From the IMG/VR virus record IMGVR_UViG_3300025381_000007: DNA of 64,000 nt; one strand, written 5' to 3'. Made by a program: the position numbers and the translations under genes. Numbering within the stretch: position 1 is the first letter of the stretch; every line of letters begins with the position of its first letter. The DNA comes from a virus. Positions 39,015-49,103 of this stretch are shown one piece after another. Below the pieces are notes generated by a model that worked only from the letters and a program-made list of their open reading frames with translations, had not been told where the DNA came from and ran no database searches.

Positions 39015-42000
39015 TTATATGGCTGTATTTGGAAAAATCAAATATGAAGAGCCAGTAGTGTAAACTGTACTCAACATTTGTTCAACAACAATACGGTCTA
39101 TGGTAAATTTAAGTTGATTAAAGTTAAATCCGCTGGTGTTTGCTGCACTGTTAACTCTGCTTACTATCTTAGCCCCTTGCTTGGCATTAGCATAACATAT
39201 TACAACTCCGTTAATAAATCCAACACCTGAGTTGATAGCAGTTTGTTGCCAAAGCGGTAATAGATTTGGATTTATACTGATTGTTCCTGAGTTTAAACTT
39301 GCTAGGTTAGATTTCATATTGGCTAAACTACCAGGGTAATAAGTTTTTCCATTTATTTGAACACTATGTAAAGAACTATGATGGTCGCTTACTGGCACAT
39401 ATACTACATCATAGATTGCGTTTCCGTTATTGTCTATAGCTGTAATACTACTTACAGGTCCAAAATATAGTTGTTCTTTGTGAAAGTTTTCCTGTAACGC
39501 AGATACATAATCAGTAGATGAGTTTAGTTCTTGAATGCCATACTCTAAATATGCCTTAATTTTAGATTTTAATCCAAAATTAGGATCATCTGCACGGTAT
39601 ATTAAACTAGCAGGAAACACAGATGAGTTATTAATAAAAGTATTATATGCTGTTCGTTGTGCCGCTGGCAACAGTGGACTTAGATATATATTGGTATATG
39701 GTAGACTAGTGCCCTTAACTGTAAATGTAAAACTTTCTGCTGTACTAACAGCGGTAGTATAAACTCCGCTAGCTACAGTATTTGCCCATGATACATTGTT
39801 GTAAACAGTGCCAGTGGTTGCAACAACAGTAATAGTGTATGTTCCTGAAGCAGTAGTAACTCCTATAATATCTCCATTGTTTGTTAGGGTAAGCCCACCT
39901 GGTAATGCAGTTGATCCAACTTGTGAGTATACTAATGGATATTGAGTTTGTATATGTGTAGCTGATATATGTAGATTACTAGGTTCTTCGGCTATTAATG
40001 TACCTAAGTTTGTAGGCCCTGACCAAGATATTACATCAGCATTACTTTGTAGTACAGTAAGAGTAAAAGTATTAACAACAGAAATTGACGATCCAATAAA
40101 TTTACTTACTTTGGTAGCCGTGATAGGGATATTATAAGATTGTCTGTAGTTTGTTTGTGCATTGATATGACCATACAGATACCCGCTATTGGTGTCCAGA
40201 GTTAATCCCAAAGGTAAAACAGTTGAAGTACTATAGGTTAAAGGACCTGCCCACGGTTCGGGATCGTAGGCAGTAACCGGAAGATATTGATTACTGTTAT
40301 CTTTAATGATTCCTAAATCTGTTCCATTTATAAATTCTGGTGCCTGTATCGAACTAGTATTGGTAACAGTCATTACAAAAGTCTGCGTGGATGTTGTATA
40401 TCCATTAGTTGCTTCTACTGTAAATGATTTGTTAACAAACTGATTTAGGCCTACCTTGGTATCTAATATTCCCGATATTATTCCAGATGGGCTAAAAGTT
40501 AAGTTGTTTGGTATTATACTAGTTAGATTATATCTAATCTGATAATCTGATAATGCACCCCCCGGCGGTCTTGCTTCTAGCTGAATACTTACATAATCTC
40601 GATCTATAAAAGTTCCTAAAGTACTTGGTGTAACCCAAACTGGTGAGTCTTCTCCAATATAATATATTGAAAATGATTTATCGGCTATTTGCGAAAGTAG
40701 TTGACTAGATGCTCTAACTGTAAAAATATAGTTTGAACTGGTTGTTAGATTAACAGGGTTTCCTGTTATAACTCCTGTGGAAGTATTCATACTCAATCCA
40801 GGAGGCAAAGACCCAGACAATATATTAAATGTTGCAGTTGGATCAGACGTTTGTAATGGAGGATTTGGTGTCCATACTCCTGGCCCTGCTTGACCTAATA
40901 CTGAGTTGCTGGTTATCCAATATAGATTGTTTAATATATATAGGCTATAAGCAGATGATGTAGATAGCCTTGTAGGATAACTGCTATCAACTACCGCAAC
41001 CGTAAATGTAAATGTACCTGCTATAGTAGGAGTACCTGATAAAATAAATGTATTAGTATTAAAAGTTAACCCACTGGGCAAAGAACTAGCAGATGAGAAA
41101 TAAGGACTAGTTCCTCCAGTAACTGAATATGTTACTGGATTAATTGTTCTTGATATAATATCATTGGCTAACGATGTTGGCGATAAAGTTAAAGGTACTG
41201 CTTGTACATTAATGTTTACGGTTGCAGTATTTGAAATACCATTTATATTACTGGCCTGAAAACTAAATGAATCACTCCCATCAAAACCAACAGTTGGTGT
41301 ATATGTTATTGTAGCATAAGTTGATGTGGTTGCAGTTCCATTTAGTGGAGGAGTAACTATATCAAAATATACAGGAAAATTAGTAACAGATAGAGATATT
41401 GAGTTATTTAAAGAATTTTGATAAATCGAAACATTGGAGTTAGATGCTATCGGAAGATCTGGCGGGATAACTGTAATGCTTACAATACCCGCCGGCGATG
41501 TTCCTATAGAGTTAGTTGCATTATAAGATACAGTATCAGTACCTGTATAACCGATATTTGGTGTATATAAAATTTCTAATCCGGATACATTTGCAGTTCC
41601 GTTAGTTGGTAAGGACACTATTCCTACACTAGTATAAACATTAGTAATAGACAACGGCAATATATTATTACTACTATTGTATGCAACTATTGTTGATGTA
41701 TTTCCTACGGCCGGCGGCGAAGACTCTAGGTATATTGATTGACCATTAGGAGTACCTAATCCTGTAACAGCATCCCATCCTGTTGTGGCTGCATATCCTG
41801 TTGTTACATTAGTGGCATTATTGCCAACAGTTATATCATTAAAAAATCTAGTATTTTGATAAAAATATGGATTTACATATCCCATATTTTTACCTAATAA
41901 TGAATTTAATCTTGCAATCAATCCTGCCCATAATGGAGCGGCAGCACTAGTACCTCCGTATTGGACTAATTTGTTAGATTGAGAAGTACCGAGATATGCA

Positions 42001-43307
42001 TAATATTGATAACCAGATGCAGGATCAGCATTGGCTGCTACATCAGGCACACCTCTAGTAGGTAATGTTGTAGCAGAGCCATTTCCTGTTGTTCTAGAAT
42101 ATGGAGTATAAGTTAATCCTGATTGCCAAGACGGTGTTGTATATGCTTGACTAAGCCCTCCCCCACTACCACTGCCGCCTGGATAAGGTCCTTGGTACCA
42201 GGCTATTTCTTGTGCTATAGTGTTGTTAACATTAAGTGTTAATGAAGTTCCGCCAACACCTAGTACATAAGGACTGCTGGCCGGCCAGCATACTTCGACA
42301 GGACTACTACTTCCACTAAATGTACTTCCATAATCTCCTGAAGCTGCAACAATGGTTATCCCCATGGCCTTGGCAACAGAAAATACCTGTGAATCTATTG
42401 TTGCAATAAAACTAAGAGGATACTGAGATGGGCTAGTAACACCTTCGGCTCTTGCCCAACTGATAGAAATAACGCTAGGTTTGTTAATACTGTCGTCTAT
42501 AATGTAGGTTAATATATCTTGCCAAGTATTAATAAAATAAACAGCAATAGTTGCTCCTGGAGCAACACCGCCTGCAACATAAATGTCCAACATAACTTCT
42601 GTATTGTAGTTTGTTTGACTAATGTTATTAGACGAATCAGTAGGTGGTACTACTACATTTGGTACTGGAAGACCGTTTTGAACAAAAGATGATTGAATGT
42701 TTTGTGCGGTAAATCCACCACCAAACTCTAATAATGCAATGCATGTGCCTGCACCTGTACTATCAGGAAATTGATATGCGCTGGCAACCGCGGTAGGTAA
42801 TAATGAAACCGATCCTGAAAGTGATTCAGCAGTTGCTTCTGAACGTATTCTTGTTGTATCGTGTGGTTGATCTAGATCAAAAACATATGTTATTACATTT
42901 GCAACATTATTAGGAACAGCTAATGAACCTTCGTAGGTATTGTAAGTTCTAGTCGGTGTGGTTACTGTGGATAGTGTTATTCCAAATAAACTATTGATTT
43001 GTTCTATAGTTCCAGAAAGTTTTACTAATGCTGTTCGATTATTAGAACTTACTACAGTAAGTCCATTTTCTTCTGCCCAAGATGAAACTATATATAAATC
43101 GGCGTTAAAAGCACCAAAGTGATCAGTGAATGTATCTCTATCTAGGGGAGAATGTGTGCCCGCATCAATACCTTGAACAAACTGCTCTAGGGTAAGTCCA
43201 TCCGGATTGGTACGTCTTTTTACCGAAATACTAAATGTAAGTGTTTCAGTTATATCTACCGGTGTTATTGATATAGCATCGGATGGAAAACTTAGGGGCT
43301 GAATCAT
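39015..43307 (-). CDS. Sedolisin (S53) peptidase with prodomain fused to Ig-like repeats and a probable virion-anchoring C-terminus
   Basis: EVMLD, AASGDYG, RGVPDVAANADP, GGTSAAAP, GWDAVTGLGTP; then LPSGLT...SGTPT Ig-type repeats. Confidence 0.85.
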   Translation of the reverse strand: MIQPLSFPSDAISITPVDITETLTFSISVKRRTNPDGLTLEQFVQGIDAGTHSPLDRDTFTDHFGAFNADLYIVSSWAEENGLTVVSSNNRTALVKLSGTIEQINSLFGITLSTVTTPTRTYNTYEGSLAVPNNVANVITYVFDLDQPHDTTRIRSEATAESLSGSVSLLPTAVASAYQFPDSTGAGTCIALLEFGGGFTAQNIQSSFVQNGLPVPNVVVPPTDSSNNISQTNYNTEVMLDIYVAGGVAPGATIAVYFINTWQDILTYIIDDSINKPSVISISWARAEGVTSPSQYPLSFIATIDSQVFSVAKAMGITIVAASGDYGSTFSGSSSPVEVCWPASSPYVLGVGGTSLTLNVNNTIAQEIAWYQGPYPGGSGSGGGLSQAYTTPSWQSGLTYTPYSRTTGNGSATTLPTRGVPDVAANADPASGYQYYAYLGTSQSNKLVQYGGTSAAAPLWAGLIARLNSLLGKNMGYVNPYFYQNTRFFNDITVGNNATNVTTGYAATTGWDAVTGLGTPNGQSIYLESSPPAVGNTSTIVAYNSSNNILPLSITNVYTSVGIVSLPTNGTANVSGLEILYTPNIGYTGTDTVSYNATNSIGTSPAGIVSITVIPPDLPIASNSNVSIYQNSLNNSISLSVTNFPVYFDIVTPPLNGTATTSTYATITYTPTVGFDGSDSFSFQASNINGISNTATVNINVQAVPLTLSPTSLANDIISRTINPVTYSVTGGTSPYFSSASSLPSGLTFNTNTFILSGTPTIAGTFTFTVAVVDSSYPTRLSTSSAYSLYILNNLYWITSNSVLGQAGPGVWTPNPPLQTSDPTATFNILSGSLPPGLSMNTSTGVITGNPVNLTTSSNYIFTVRASSQLLSQIADKSFSIYYIGEDSPVWVTPSTLGTFIDRDYVSIQLEARPPGGALSDYQIRYNLTSIIPNNLTFSPSGIISGILDTKVGLNQFVNKSFTVEATNGYTTSTQTFVMTVTNTSSIQAPEFINGTDLGIIKDNSNQYLPVTAYDPEPWAGPLTYSTSTVLPLGLTLDTNSGYLYGHINAQTNYRQSYNIPITATKVSKFIGSSISVVNTFTLTVLQSNADVISWSGPTNLGTLIAEEPSNLHISATHIQTQYPLVYSQVGSTALPGGLTLTNNGDIIGVTTASGTYTITVVATTGTVYNNVSWANTVASGVYTTAVSTAESFTFTVKGTSLPYTNIYLSPLLPAAQRTAYNTFINNSSVFPASLIYRADDPNFGLKSKIKAYLEYGIQELNSSTDYVSALQENFHKEQLYFGPVSSITAIDNNGNAIYDVVYVPVSDHHSSLHSVQINGKTYYPGSLANMKSNLASLNSGTISINPNLLPLWQQTAINSGVGFINGVVICYANAKQGAKIVSRVNSAANTSGFNFNQLKFTIDRIVVEQMLSTVYTTGSSYLIFPNTAI

Positions 43308-43355
43308 GTAAATCCTCTAGAAACTTAAAGTCTATAGAGGTATTTACCTAAAATA

Positions 43356-43577
43356 TCAATGTAAAGTTCTATTGCCTAATTCGTTAATATCATCGATCCC
43401 AAATATACTTAGGATCATCATTACTTCTTCTGGAGGATCATCCATTAAGTGTTCGGGAATCATAAAACTTTTTAATTCACCATCTGGACCTAGGACAAAA
43501 CCAAAGTCATCTGCACCGTATTCTTCTTCATCGTACTCCTCAATATGTACGATTGCTTCTATATTATTGTTGGGCAT
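43356..43577 (-). CDS. Small acidic protein
   Basis: GGAG SD before MPNNN. Confidence 0.6.
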   Translation of the reverse strand: MPNNNIEAIVHIEEYDEEEYGADDFGFVLGPDGELKSFMIPEHLMDDPPEEVMMILSIFGIDDINELGNRTLH

Positions 43578-43634
43578 ACTTTTACTCCATATAAAGTATA
43601 ACATACATTTTGGTCATTGACCGTTAACTAACAA

Positions 43635-44186
43635 CTATTTGCCCTCCATTTTGTTATTAATCTTGTCCCAATCGATGATTTTCCATTGATTTTCTAAATA
43701 TTTTTTCTTATCAGTACCAAAATCTGTCATAAAAGAGTGTTCCCACCAGTCTACAAGTATCACTATATCTTTTTTAATTTCGTGATTTGTAATAGTTTTA
43801 ATCTCGCCACTTTTAGACAAATAAACCCAACCGCTGCCTTGAATTTTCATTGCGGTTTCTTCAAATTTGTCTTTAAATTTATCAAAAGATTTAAAATGTT
43901 CGTCAATAAAATCTTTGATTGCACCGGTAGGAGTGTTTGAACTCTTAGGTGAACGAAACTGTGTAAAGTAAATGTCGTGCAGGAAAGCACCTGCTTCATT
44001 AAAGTCGGGATCGCCTTCGCCCTTGTTAAAACGGTCAACATAGCCCTTGTATAGTTGTCCGTAGTGATAATCTAATGCGGCCTTACTTAGACTACGACCT
44101 AGTGCATCTCGAGCATAAGGTAATGGAGTTTGTGTTAACTCTTTAGGAGTACGACCTTCATTAAGTGATTTGATAAAATTATACAT
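43635..44186 (-). CDS. Fe/Mn superoxide dismutase-like protein
   Basis: LPYARDAL, YHY, LHDIYF, QGSGWVYL, DWWEHSF. Confidence 0.85.
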   Translation of the reverse strand: MYNFIKSLNEGRTPKELTQTPLPYARDALGRSLSKAALDYHYGQLYKGYVDRFNKGEGDPDFNEAGAFLHDIYFTQFRSPKSSNTPTGAIKDFIDEHFKSFDKFKDKFEETAMKIQGSGWVYLSKSGEIKTITNHEIKKDIVILVDWWEHSFMTDFGTDKKKYLENQWKIIDWDKINNKMEGK

Positions 44187-44208
44187 AGGTAAATATCTCG
44201 TCAAGTGG

Positions 44209-44313
44209 TTAACAGGGCATCCAAGGACCCCTAACTACGAACTTTCCCTGTCTTTGCGTAGTACAGCCAATGTGGTTTAAAGGTAAATTGGCACTTGACT
44301 TCATTTTTTGCAT
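44209..44313 (-). CDS. Putative 34-aa ORF
   Basis: MQKMKSSANLPLNHIGCTTQRQGKFVVRGPWMPC; TAAATA 5 nt upstream. Confidence 0.35.
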   Translation of the reverse strand: MQKMKSSANLPLNHIGCTTQRQGKFVVRGPWMPC

Positions 44314-44368
44314 ATCAGTATTTAGCGGCTGTTAAATAACTGTACATTTATATAAAGGAATCCATAAC

Positions 44369-44710
44369 ATGGAACTCATTATCGTTATTACTCTTGTTGC
44401 TCTTGCTGGTCTTGTTTATTATTATAATCGTAAACCCAAAGCGGCTGCAACTACCACAGTTGAGGAAACTGCACCCTACAAGATCGAAGCACCTGCTCCT
44501 GTAGTTGAAGAAGCACCTGTACCTGCTACTGTAGTTGAAGAAGCACCTGTCGCCAAGAAGCCACGTAAGCCGCGTGCTCCTAAGGCTGCTCCTGCTCCAG
44601 TGGTTGCTGAAAAGCCAGTCAAGGCCACACGTAAACCACGTGCCGCTAAAGCTGAACCTGCTCCAGCTCCTGCTAAAAAGCCACGTGCTCCACGTTCAAA
44701 GAAGGTTTAA
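44369..44710 (+). CDS. Membrane-anchored Lys/Pro/Ala-rich protein
   Basis: N-terminal TM helix; VVEEAP and KKPR repeats. Confidence 0.75.
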   Translation: MELIIVITLVALAGLVYYYNRKPKAAATTTVEETAPYKIEAPAPVVEEAPVPATVVEEAPVAKKPRKPRAPKAAPAPVVAEKPVKATRKPRAAKAEPAPAPAKKPRAPRSKKV

Positions 44711-45724
44711 TTCTCGAGCTTGATTGGCAAGGGCAAAACTAGCCAGGTTTTTACCTTTACTTTCGCACATGATGTCGAACTGATCGGTAAACCCCAAAGC
44801 CCAATCATTAACTGCGGCGTTCCAATAGAAATCACTATGGGCCCGCAGTTTTTGTTTTTTGTAGCCGTTTTCTAAAAGTAAACTATGCTCGGGCTTTATA
44901 GTAGTGTCGTGGTCCACGAGACAATCTTCGCGGCTGACAGAATAATGGCAAGTAGGGCGAACGCCACGCCAAGACTGAACCACCCTATCAACACGGGGGT
45001 CCATGGGGGAGAGGTATTCTCCTGTTTTAATCCAATGGTGATGAATGTCCAATACGATAGGAACGACATCAGCCAACTCAAGACAATCATCCAAACCATA
45101 ACTAATCTCCTCGTTTTCAATAGTTAACATATTACGAGCCTCAGGGCTCAAGCGTTTCAACGCCTTGCGGATACCTTCAGGACCTTGGCGACCACTGATG
45201 TGTACATTGATCTTAAAATCCTGGAAAGTTTGACCATAGCCCATCCAACGAGCCATGTCTGTGTGATACTCAAATTCTTCTATGCTACGGTTGACGATAT
45301 CGGGATTATCACTGGCCAGTACTGTAAACTGTCCAGGATGAAAGCTAAGGCGTACATTATTGAGCCTAGCACATTCGCCAATAGCGATAAAATGGCGAGC
45401 ACAGTATTCCATAACATCACTACGGCGCCAAAAATAGCTCCAGCTAGATTCGGTGTAAGCAGGCAAAATATCACTGCTAATGCGAACCATGCGAAGATGC
45501 GGATCCAAACGGGATACACGTTCCACCAAACGGCGAGTTGATTCGATATTTTGGACCATAATGTCCCAAAGTTTTTGTTCAGCCACTTCTCGTTTTTGGC
45601 GGTTGAGCCAGGAGATTGTGGTGCCTCCGGTGTTGTATTGTTTTGCATCATCTGTTGCCTTAATACCGTCTACTTGTTCTACGTGATCGATCCACTTACA
45701 CGCAAAACCAATTCGTTTAATCAT
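44696..45724 (-). CDS. uvsE: UV damage endonuclease
   Basis: [42 protein letters not shown]. Confidence 0.9.
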   Translation of the reverse strand: MIKRIGFACKWIDHVEQVDGIKATDDAKQYNTGGTTISWLNRQKREVAEQKLWDIMVQNIESTRRLVERVSRLDPHLRMVRISSDILPAYTESSWSYFWRRSDVMEYCARHFIAIGECARLNNVRLSFHPGQFTVLASDNPDIVNRSIEEFEYHTDMARWMGYGQTFQDFKINVHISGRQGPEGIRKALKRLSPEARNMLTIENEEISYGLDDCLELADVVPIVLDIHHHWIKTGEYLSPMDPRVDRVVQSWRGVRPTCHYSVSREDCLVDHDTTIKPEHSLLLENGYKKQKLRAHSDFYWNAAVNDWALGFTDQFDIMCESKGKNLASFALANQARELNLL

Positions 45725-46679
45725 TGTTTACTTTCTGTGTCATAGTATTATTGTACACTACTTTGCGGAAATAGTCAATGGTCTTAACCAACCCCTTATC
45801 CAATTTGATTTTCGGTTCCCAATCTAATAATGCTTTAGCCAGTGTAATATCGGGCTTGCGTTGTTTAGGGTCATCTTTTGGCAAATCCATAAAAACAATT
45901 TTACTCTTACTCTTGGTTAATTTAATGACCTTCTCAGCCAATTCCTTGATGGTAAATTCGCCAGGATTTCCAATGTTGACAGGTTCGTGATAATCGCTAT
46001 GCATCAACAACATCATACCATCTAAAAGGTCTTCAAAATAACAGAAACTACGAGTTTGGTCACCTTCTCCGTAAATGGTAATGTCTTCACCACGTAATGC
46101 TTGTACAATAAAGTTACTGACTACACGTCCATCACCTTCAGCCATCTTTGGACCATAGGTGTTGAAGATACGCATGATTTTAGTATCAACACCATGTTTA
46201 CGATGGTAGTCCATAAACAGAGTTTCTGCGGCACGTTTGCCTTCATCGTAGCAACTGCGAATGCCGATTGGGTTTACATTGCCCCAATAACCTTCGGGCT
46301 GTGGATGTACGGCGGGATCGCCATAACACTCGCTAGTACTGGCCTGTAGGATCTTGGCACCGGTTCGTTTAGCCAACCCCAGCATATTGAACGCACCGAT
46401 AACAGATGTTTTCATAGTTTGAATTGGATCGTGCTGATAATGTTGTGGACTTGCAGGACAGGCAAGATTATAAATCTCATCTACTTCGACATAAAGCGGA
46501 ATACAAATATCCTGCCGAATAACTTCAAAGTTTGGAAACTTGAGTAAATGTTCAATGTTTTTTTTACTACCTGTAAAATAGTTGTCAACACATAGAACAT
46601 GATGGCCTTGTTTTACTAATCGTTCACAGAGATGTGATCCAAGAAAGCCAGCACCGCCAGTTACTAATATCTTTTTCAT
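45717..46679 (-). CDS. UDP-glucuronate decarboxylase-like NAD-dependent epimerase
   Basis: [38 protein letters not shown]. Confidence 0.92.
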   Translation of the reverse strand: MKKILVTGGAGFLGSHLCERLVKQGHHVLCVDNYFTGSKKNIEHLLKFPNFEVIRQDICIPLYVEVDEIYNLACPASPQHYQHDPIQTMKTSVIGAFNMLGLAKRTGAKILQASTSECYGDPAVHPQPEGYWGNVNPIGIRSCYDEGKRAAETLFMDYHRKHGVDTKIMRIFNTYGPKMAEGDGRVVSNFIVQALRGEDITIYGEGDQTRSFCYFEDLLDGMMLLMHSDYHEPVNIGNPGEFTIKELAEKVIKLTKSKSKIVFMDLPKDDPKQRKPDITLAKALLDWEPKIKLDKGLVKTIDYFRKVVYNNTMTQKVNND

Positions 46680-46680
46680 T

Positions 46681-46848
46681 TTATTGATTCCAGTGACGAA
46701 TAACGCCTGCTACAATAAAGCAGTTAGTTAAAATATACGATAATATGATGATTGATCGAACAATGGCAATACGATCTGATTCGTTGTCTGTACTGCCTGC
46801 CTTTTCGCCTAGAGCCTTGGCCCATAGTCTCCAAAGTTTACCTGCCAT
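46681..46848 (-). CDS. Small membrane protein
   Basis: Manual translation [18 protein letters not shown]...AGVIRHWNQ. Confidence 0.6.
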   Translation of the reverse strand: MAGKLWRLWAKALGEKAGSTDNESDRIAIVRSIIILSYILTNCFIVAGVIRHWNQ

Positions 46849-47050
46849 ATTTCTTTTCTATTTGTTTTAATGTACGGTCTGCCATAGCACCACTAGGGTG
46901 ATCTTTATACATACGAGCTATATCGTCTAAGGCAGTCCACATAAGTTCGTGTTCGTTTTCTACGGTATAGACACGATTACGGAGATTACTGGCATCTACT
47001 ATGCTGATAATGCCTGCTACAAAGCGGGCTAGTAATCGTGCTAAGTCCAT
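46838..47050 (-). CDS. Hypothetical protein
   Basis: Coupled ORF. Confidence 0.55.
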   Translation of the reverse strand: MDLARLLARFVAGIISIVDASNLRNRVYTVENEHELMWTALDDIARMYKDHPSGAMADRTLKQIEKKYGR

Positions 47051-47063
47051 ACATTAAGCGAAT

Positions 47064-47570
47064 TTACTCAAAACCTTCAAATAAGTCCTCATTCCATTCT
47101 CTATGACCTTCTCTAAAAGCCATATTGCTCTGAGTCTCACGAACTTCTACACGATAGCACCACAAACGCTCGGCTTCGCCTGGTCCCCACATATCGGGAA
47201 TATATACGGCATTGATATATTTGTATAACATATCGGCCAACCCCTCGCAGCCAAGTTTAGGCAAAATTGTAAGTTTGGCCATTTTCTTTTCTTGTAGTAG
47301 TTTATATACTTCAAGATGGGGATCATCGGAACTGACCAGAAGGGTATGATCGAATTTGTCCTCCAAAAAGCGTTTAAGTTCTTTAAGGCCGCCGTAGTCA
47401 GCAGCCCAATTGCGAGCATCTAAATCATTAGTACCAAAGTAAAACTTCATACTAAATGAATATCCGTGAATAGTATTACAGTGGCTATCCGCACGCCACT
47501 GACGATATGCACATGGAAAGGCATCGACATATTCCTTTGTGCTTGTATATTTGTATACGACTGGTTGCAT
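47064..47570 (-). CDS. queD: QueD/PTPS-family 6-carboxytetrahydropterin synthase
   Basis: CNTIHGYS, FDHT, VEVRET. Confidence 0.85.
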   Translation of the reverse strand: MQPVVYKYTSTKEYVDAFPCAYRQWRADSHCNTIHGYSFSMKFYFGTNDLDARNWAADYGGLKELKRFLEDKFDHTLLVSSDDPHLEVYKLLQEKKMAKLTILPKLGCEGLADMLYKYINAVYIPDMWGPGEAERLWCYRVEVRETQSNMAFREGHREWNEDLFEGFE

Positions 47571-47575
47571 TATTT

Positions 47576-47641
47576 TTCTCCTATGTTAATAATAGCATAG
47601 GCAGCAGAATTTGTAAAGCGGGAATGATGCCCAAGGCCGCT
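47576..47641 (-). promoter_or_regulatory. Candidate structured RNA leader (riboswitch-like) of queD
   Basis: AGCGG/CCGCU stem; loop GGCA can pair with downstream UGCC; SD-sequestering CCUAUG/CAUAGG hairpin. Confidence 0.5.
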
Positions 47642-47648
47642 ATTAAAT

Positions 47649-48209
47649 TTATTCAAACCCAAAACCTGGAATATTTTTTCTAATCCTAGTTCTTAATGTT
47701 TCTGTCGACATTCCAAGTGCTATTGCAGCATCATTCATACAAGGAAATACTCCAATCGGAGTTTTTACTTTTTTGGCTCTAACACTGTTTCCGCCTTTTG
47801 GTTGTTTTGATTTTATCTCTTTTAATTTTAATATAGTTTCGGGTTTATGTTTTTTACCATAAAAAGAAGTCTGGTTACCAGTCTTTCCCCAATTTGGATT
47901 TTTTTCTCCTTTGAGTCCAGGACTACCGGGTGCTCGACCATCTCTTCCATTTTCTGGTCTTAAATTTGCCCAGTCTTTAGATTCGACAATATTATTTTTT
48001 TTAGAAAAATCCAAAGCAAATTTTTCGCATTCGTCTATATTAGTAAATTCCCATACTTCTAATGTATCAATATCTTTTCCGTGAACTTTTAAATGCCGTC
48101 TCCAATGTTTTCCAGAACCTAAATACACATAAGGATCTTTAGTAGCAGTCATTCCGAAATATTTTAATTTTGTTATTTTATGTTGTTTTACATATAGATA
48201 AATCTTCAT
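47649..48209 (-). mobile_element. Free-standing GIY-YIG-type homing endonuclease with NUMOD repeats
   Basis: IYLYVKQH...LKYFG...YLGSG; GEKNPNWGK and FYGKKH; flanked by a duplicated target segment. Confidence 0.8.
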
Positions 48210-48270
48210 AGGACTCTCCCTATGATTATTTATCCTAATTAGCGGGTTGATGCTCGGAGGCCGCTTGAAC

Positions 48271-48444
48271 TTATTTAAGTTCCTTGATATCTTGTTTGAT
48301 TTTTTTAAGTTCGACGGATATTTCATCAATCATATCCAACTCTTTACGACGGCTACAAACAGTTTGTACCAATGTATACGCAAATAAACTCCAACCTAAT
48401 AAACCACCTGTAAATAAAAATGCCAATATAAAGTATTGTGCCAT
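48271..48444 (-). CDS. Small membrane protein
   Basis: Manual translation MAQYFILAFLFTGG...IKELK; GGGAG SD. Confidence 0.55.
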   Translation of the reverse strand: MAQYFILAFLFTGGLLGWSLFAYTLVQTVCSRRKELDMIDEISVELKKIKQDIKELK

Positions 48445-48503
48445 AATGATTCTCCCATAAGTGTAATTATTTACATAAGATTATGGGAGAATTTAGCTAC
48501 CTG

Positions 48504-49103
48504 TTATCGACTTTCGACAATTTTGTCACATAGTCCGTAGGCTAACGCTTCTTCGGCACTCATAAATGTATCACGATCCATGTCTCGTTCAAAGTCCTCG
48601 TAGGTCTTACCTGCTGTATTATGTTTAACATACAATTTAGTAAGCATGGTTTTCATTTGAGTGATTTCTTTGTATTGGATTTCAATATCACTTTGCATAC
48701 CACGAGCACCACCACTGGGCTGATGGATCATATGACGACTGTGTGGCAATATATAACGCTTGCCTGGAGTACCTGCCTGTGCTAGGAAACTGCCCATTGA
48801 ACAACCTTGCCCAATAACATATGTGGCCACATCAGGTTTAACAAACTGCATGACATCGTAAATTGCCATGCCGCTGGTAATAACACCACCAGGACTGTTG
48901 ATATAAAAGTGAATATCTTTTTCACTGTCAGCACTTTCCAAATGTAGCATTTGTGCTACAACAAGACTGGCACTGGCATCATCCACTCCGCCATTTAAAA
49001 ACACAATTCGCTCATTAAGCAAGCGACTAAAAATGTCAAATGCTCGTTCGCCTTGACCGGTCTTTTCCACTACCATTGGTACTAGCATATTATTCTCTTT
49101 CAT
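48504..49103 (-). CDS. clpP: ClpP protease
   Basis: YINSPGG, CSMGS (Ser), MIHQP (His), DRD (Asp). Confidence 0.95.
   Translation of the reverse strand: MKENNMLVPMVVEKTGQGERAFDIFSRLLNERIVFLNGGVDDASASLVVAQMLHLESADSEKDIHFYINSPGGVITSGMAIYDVMQFVKPDVATYVIGQGCSMGSFLAQAGTPGKRYILPHSRHMIHQPSGGARGMQSDIEIQYKEITQMKTMLTKLYVKHNTAGKTYEDFERDMDRDTFMSAEEALAYGLCDKIVESR

Noticed and set aside
47064-47570. Complete 7-deazaguanine DNA modification system
   Set aside because: Only queD is in the window; folE, queE, queC and dpdA are not visible here.
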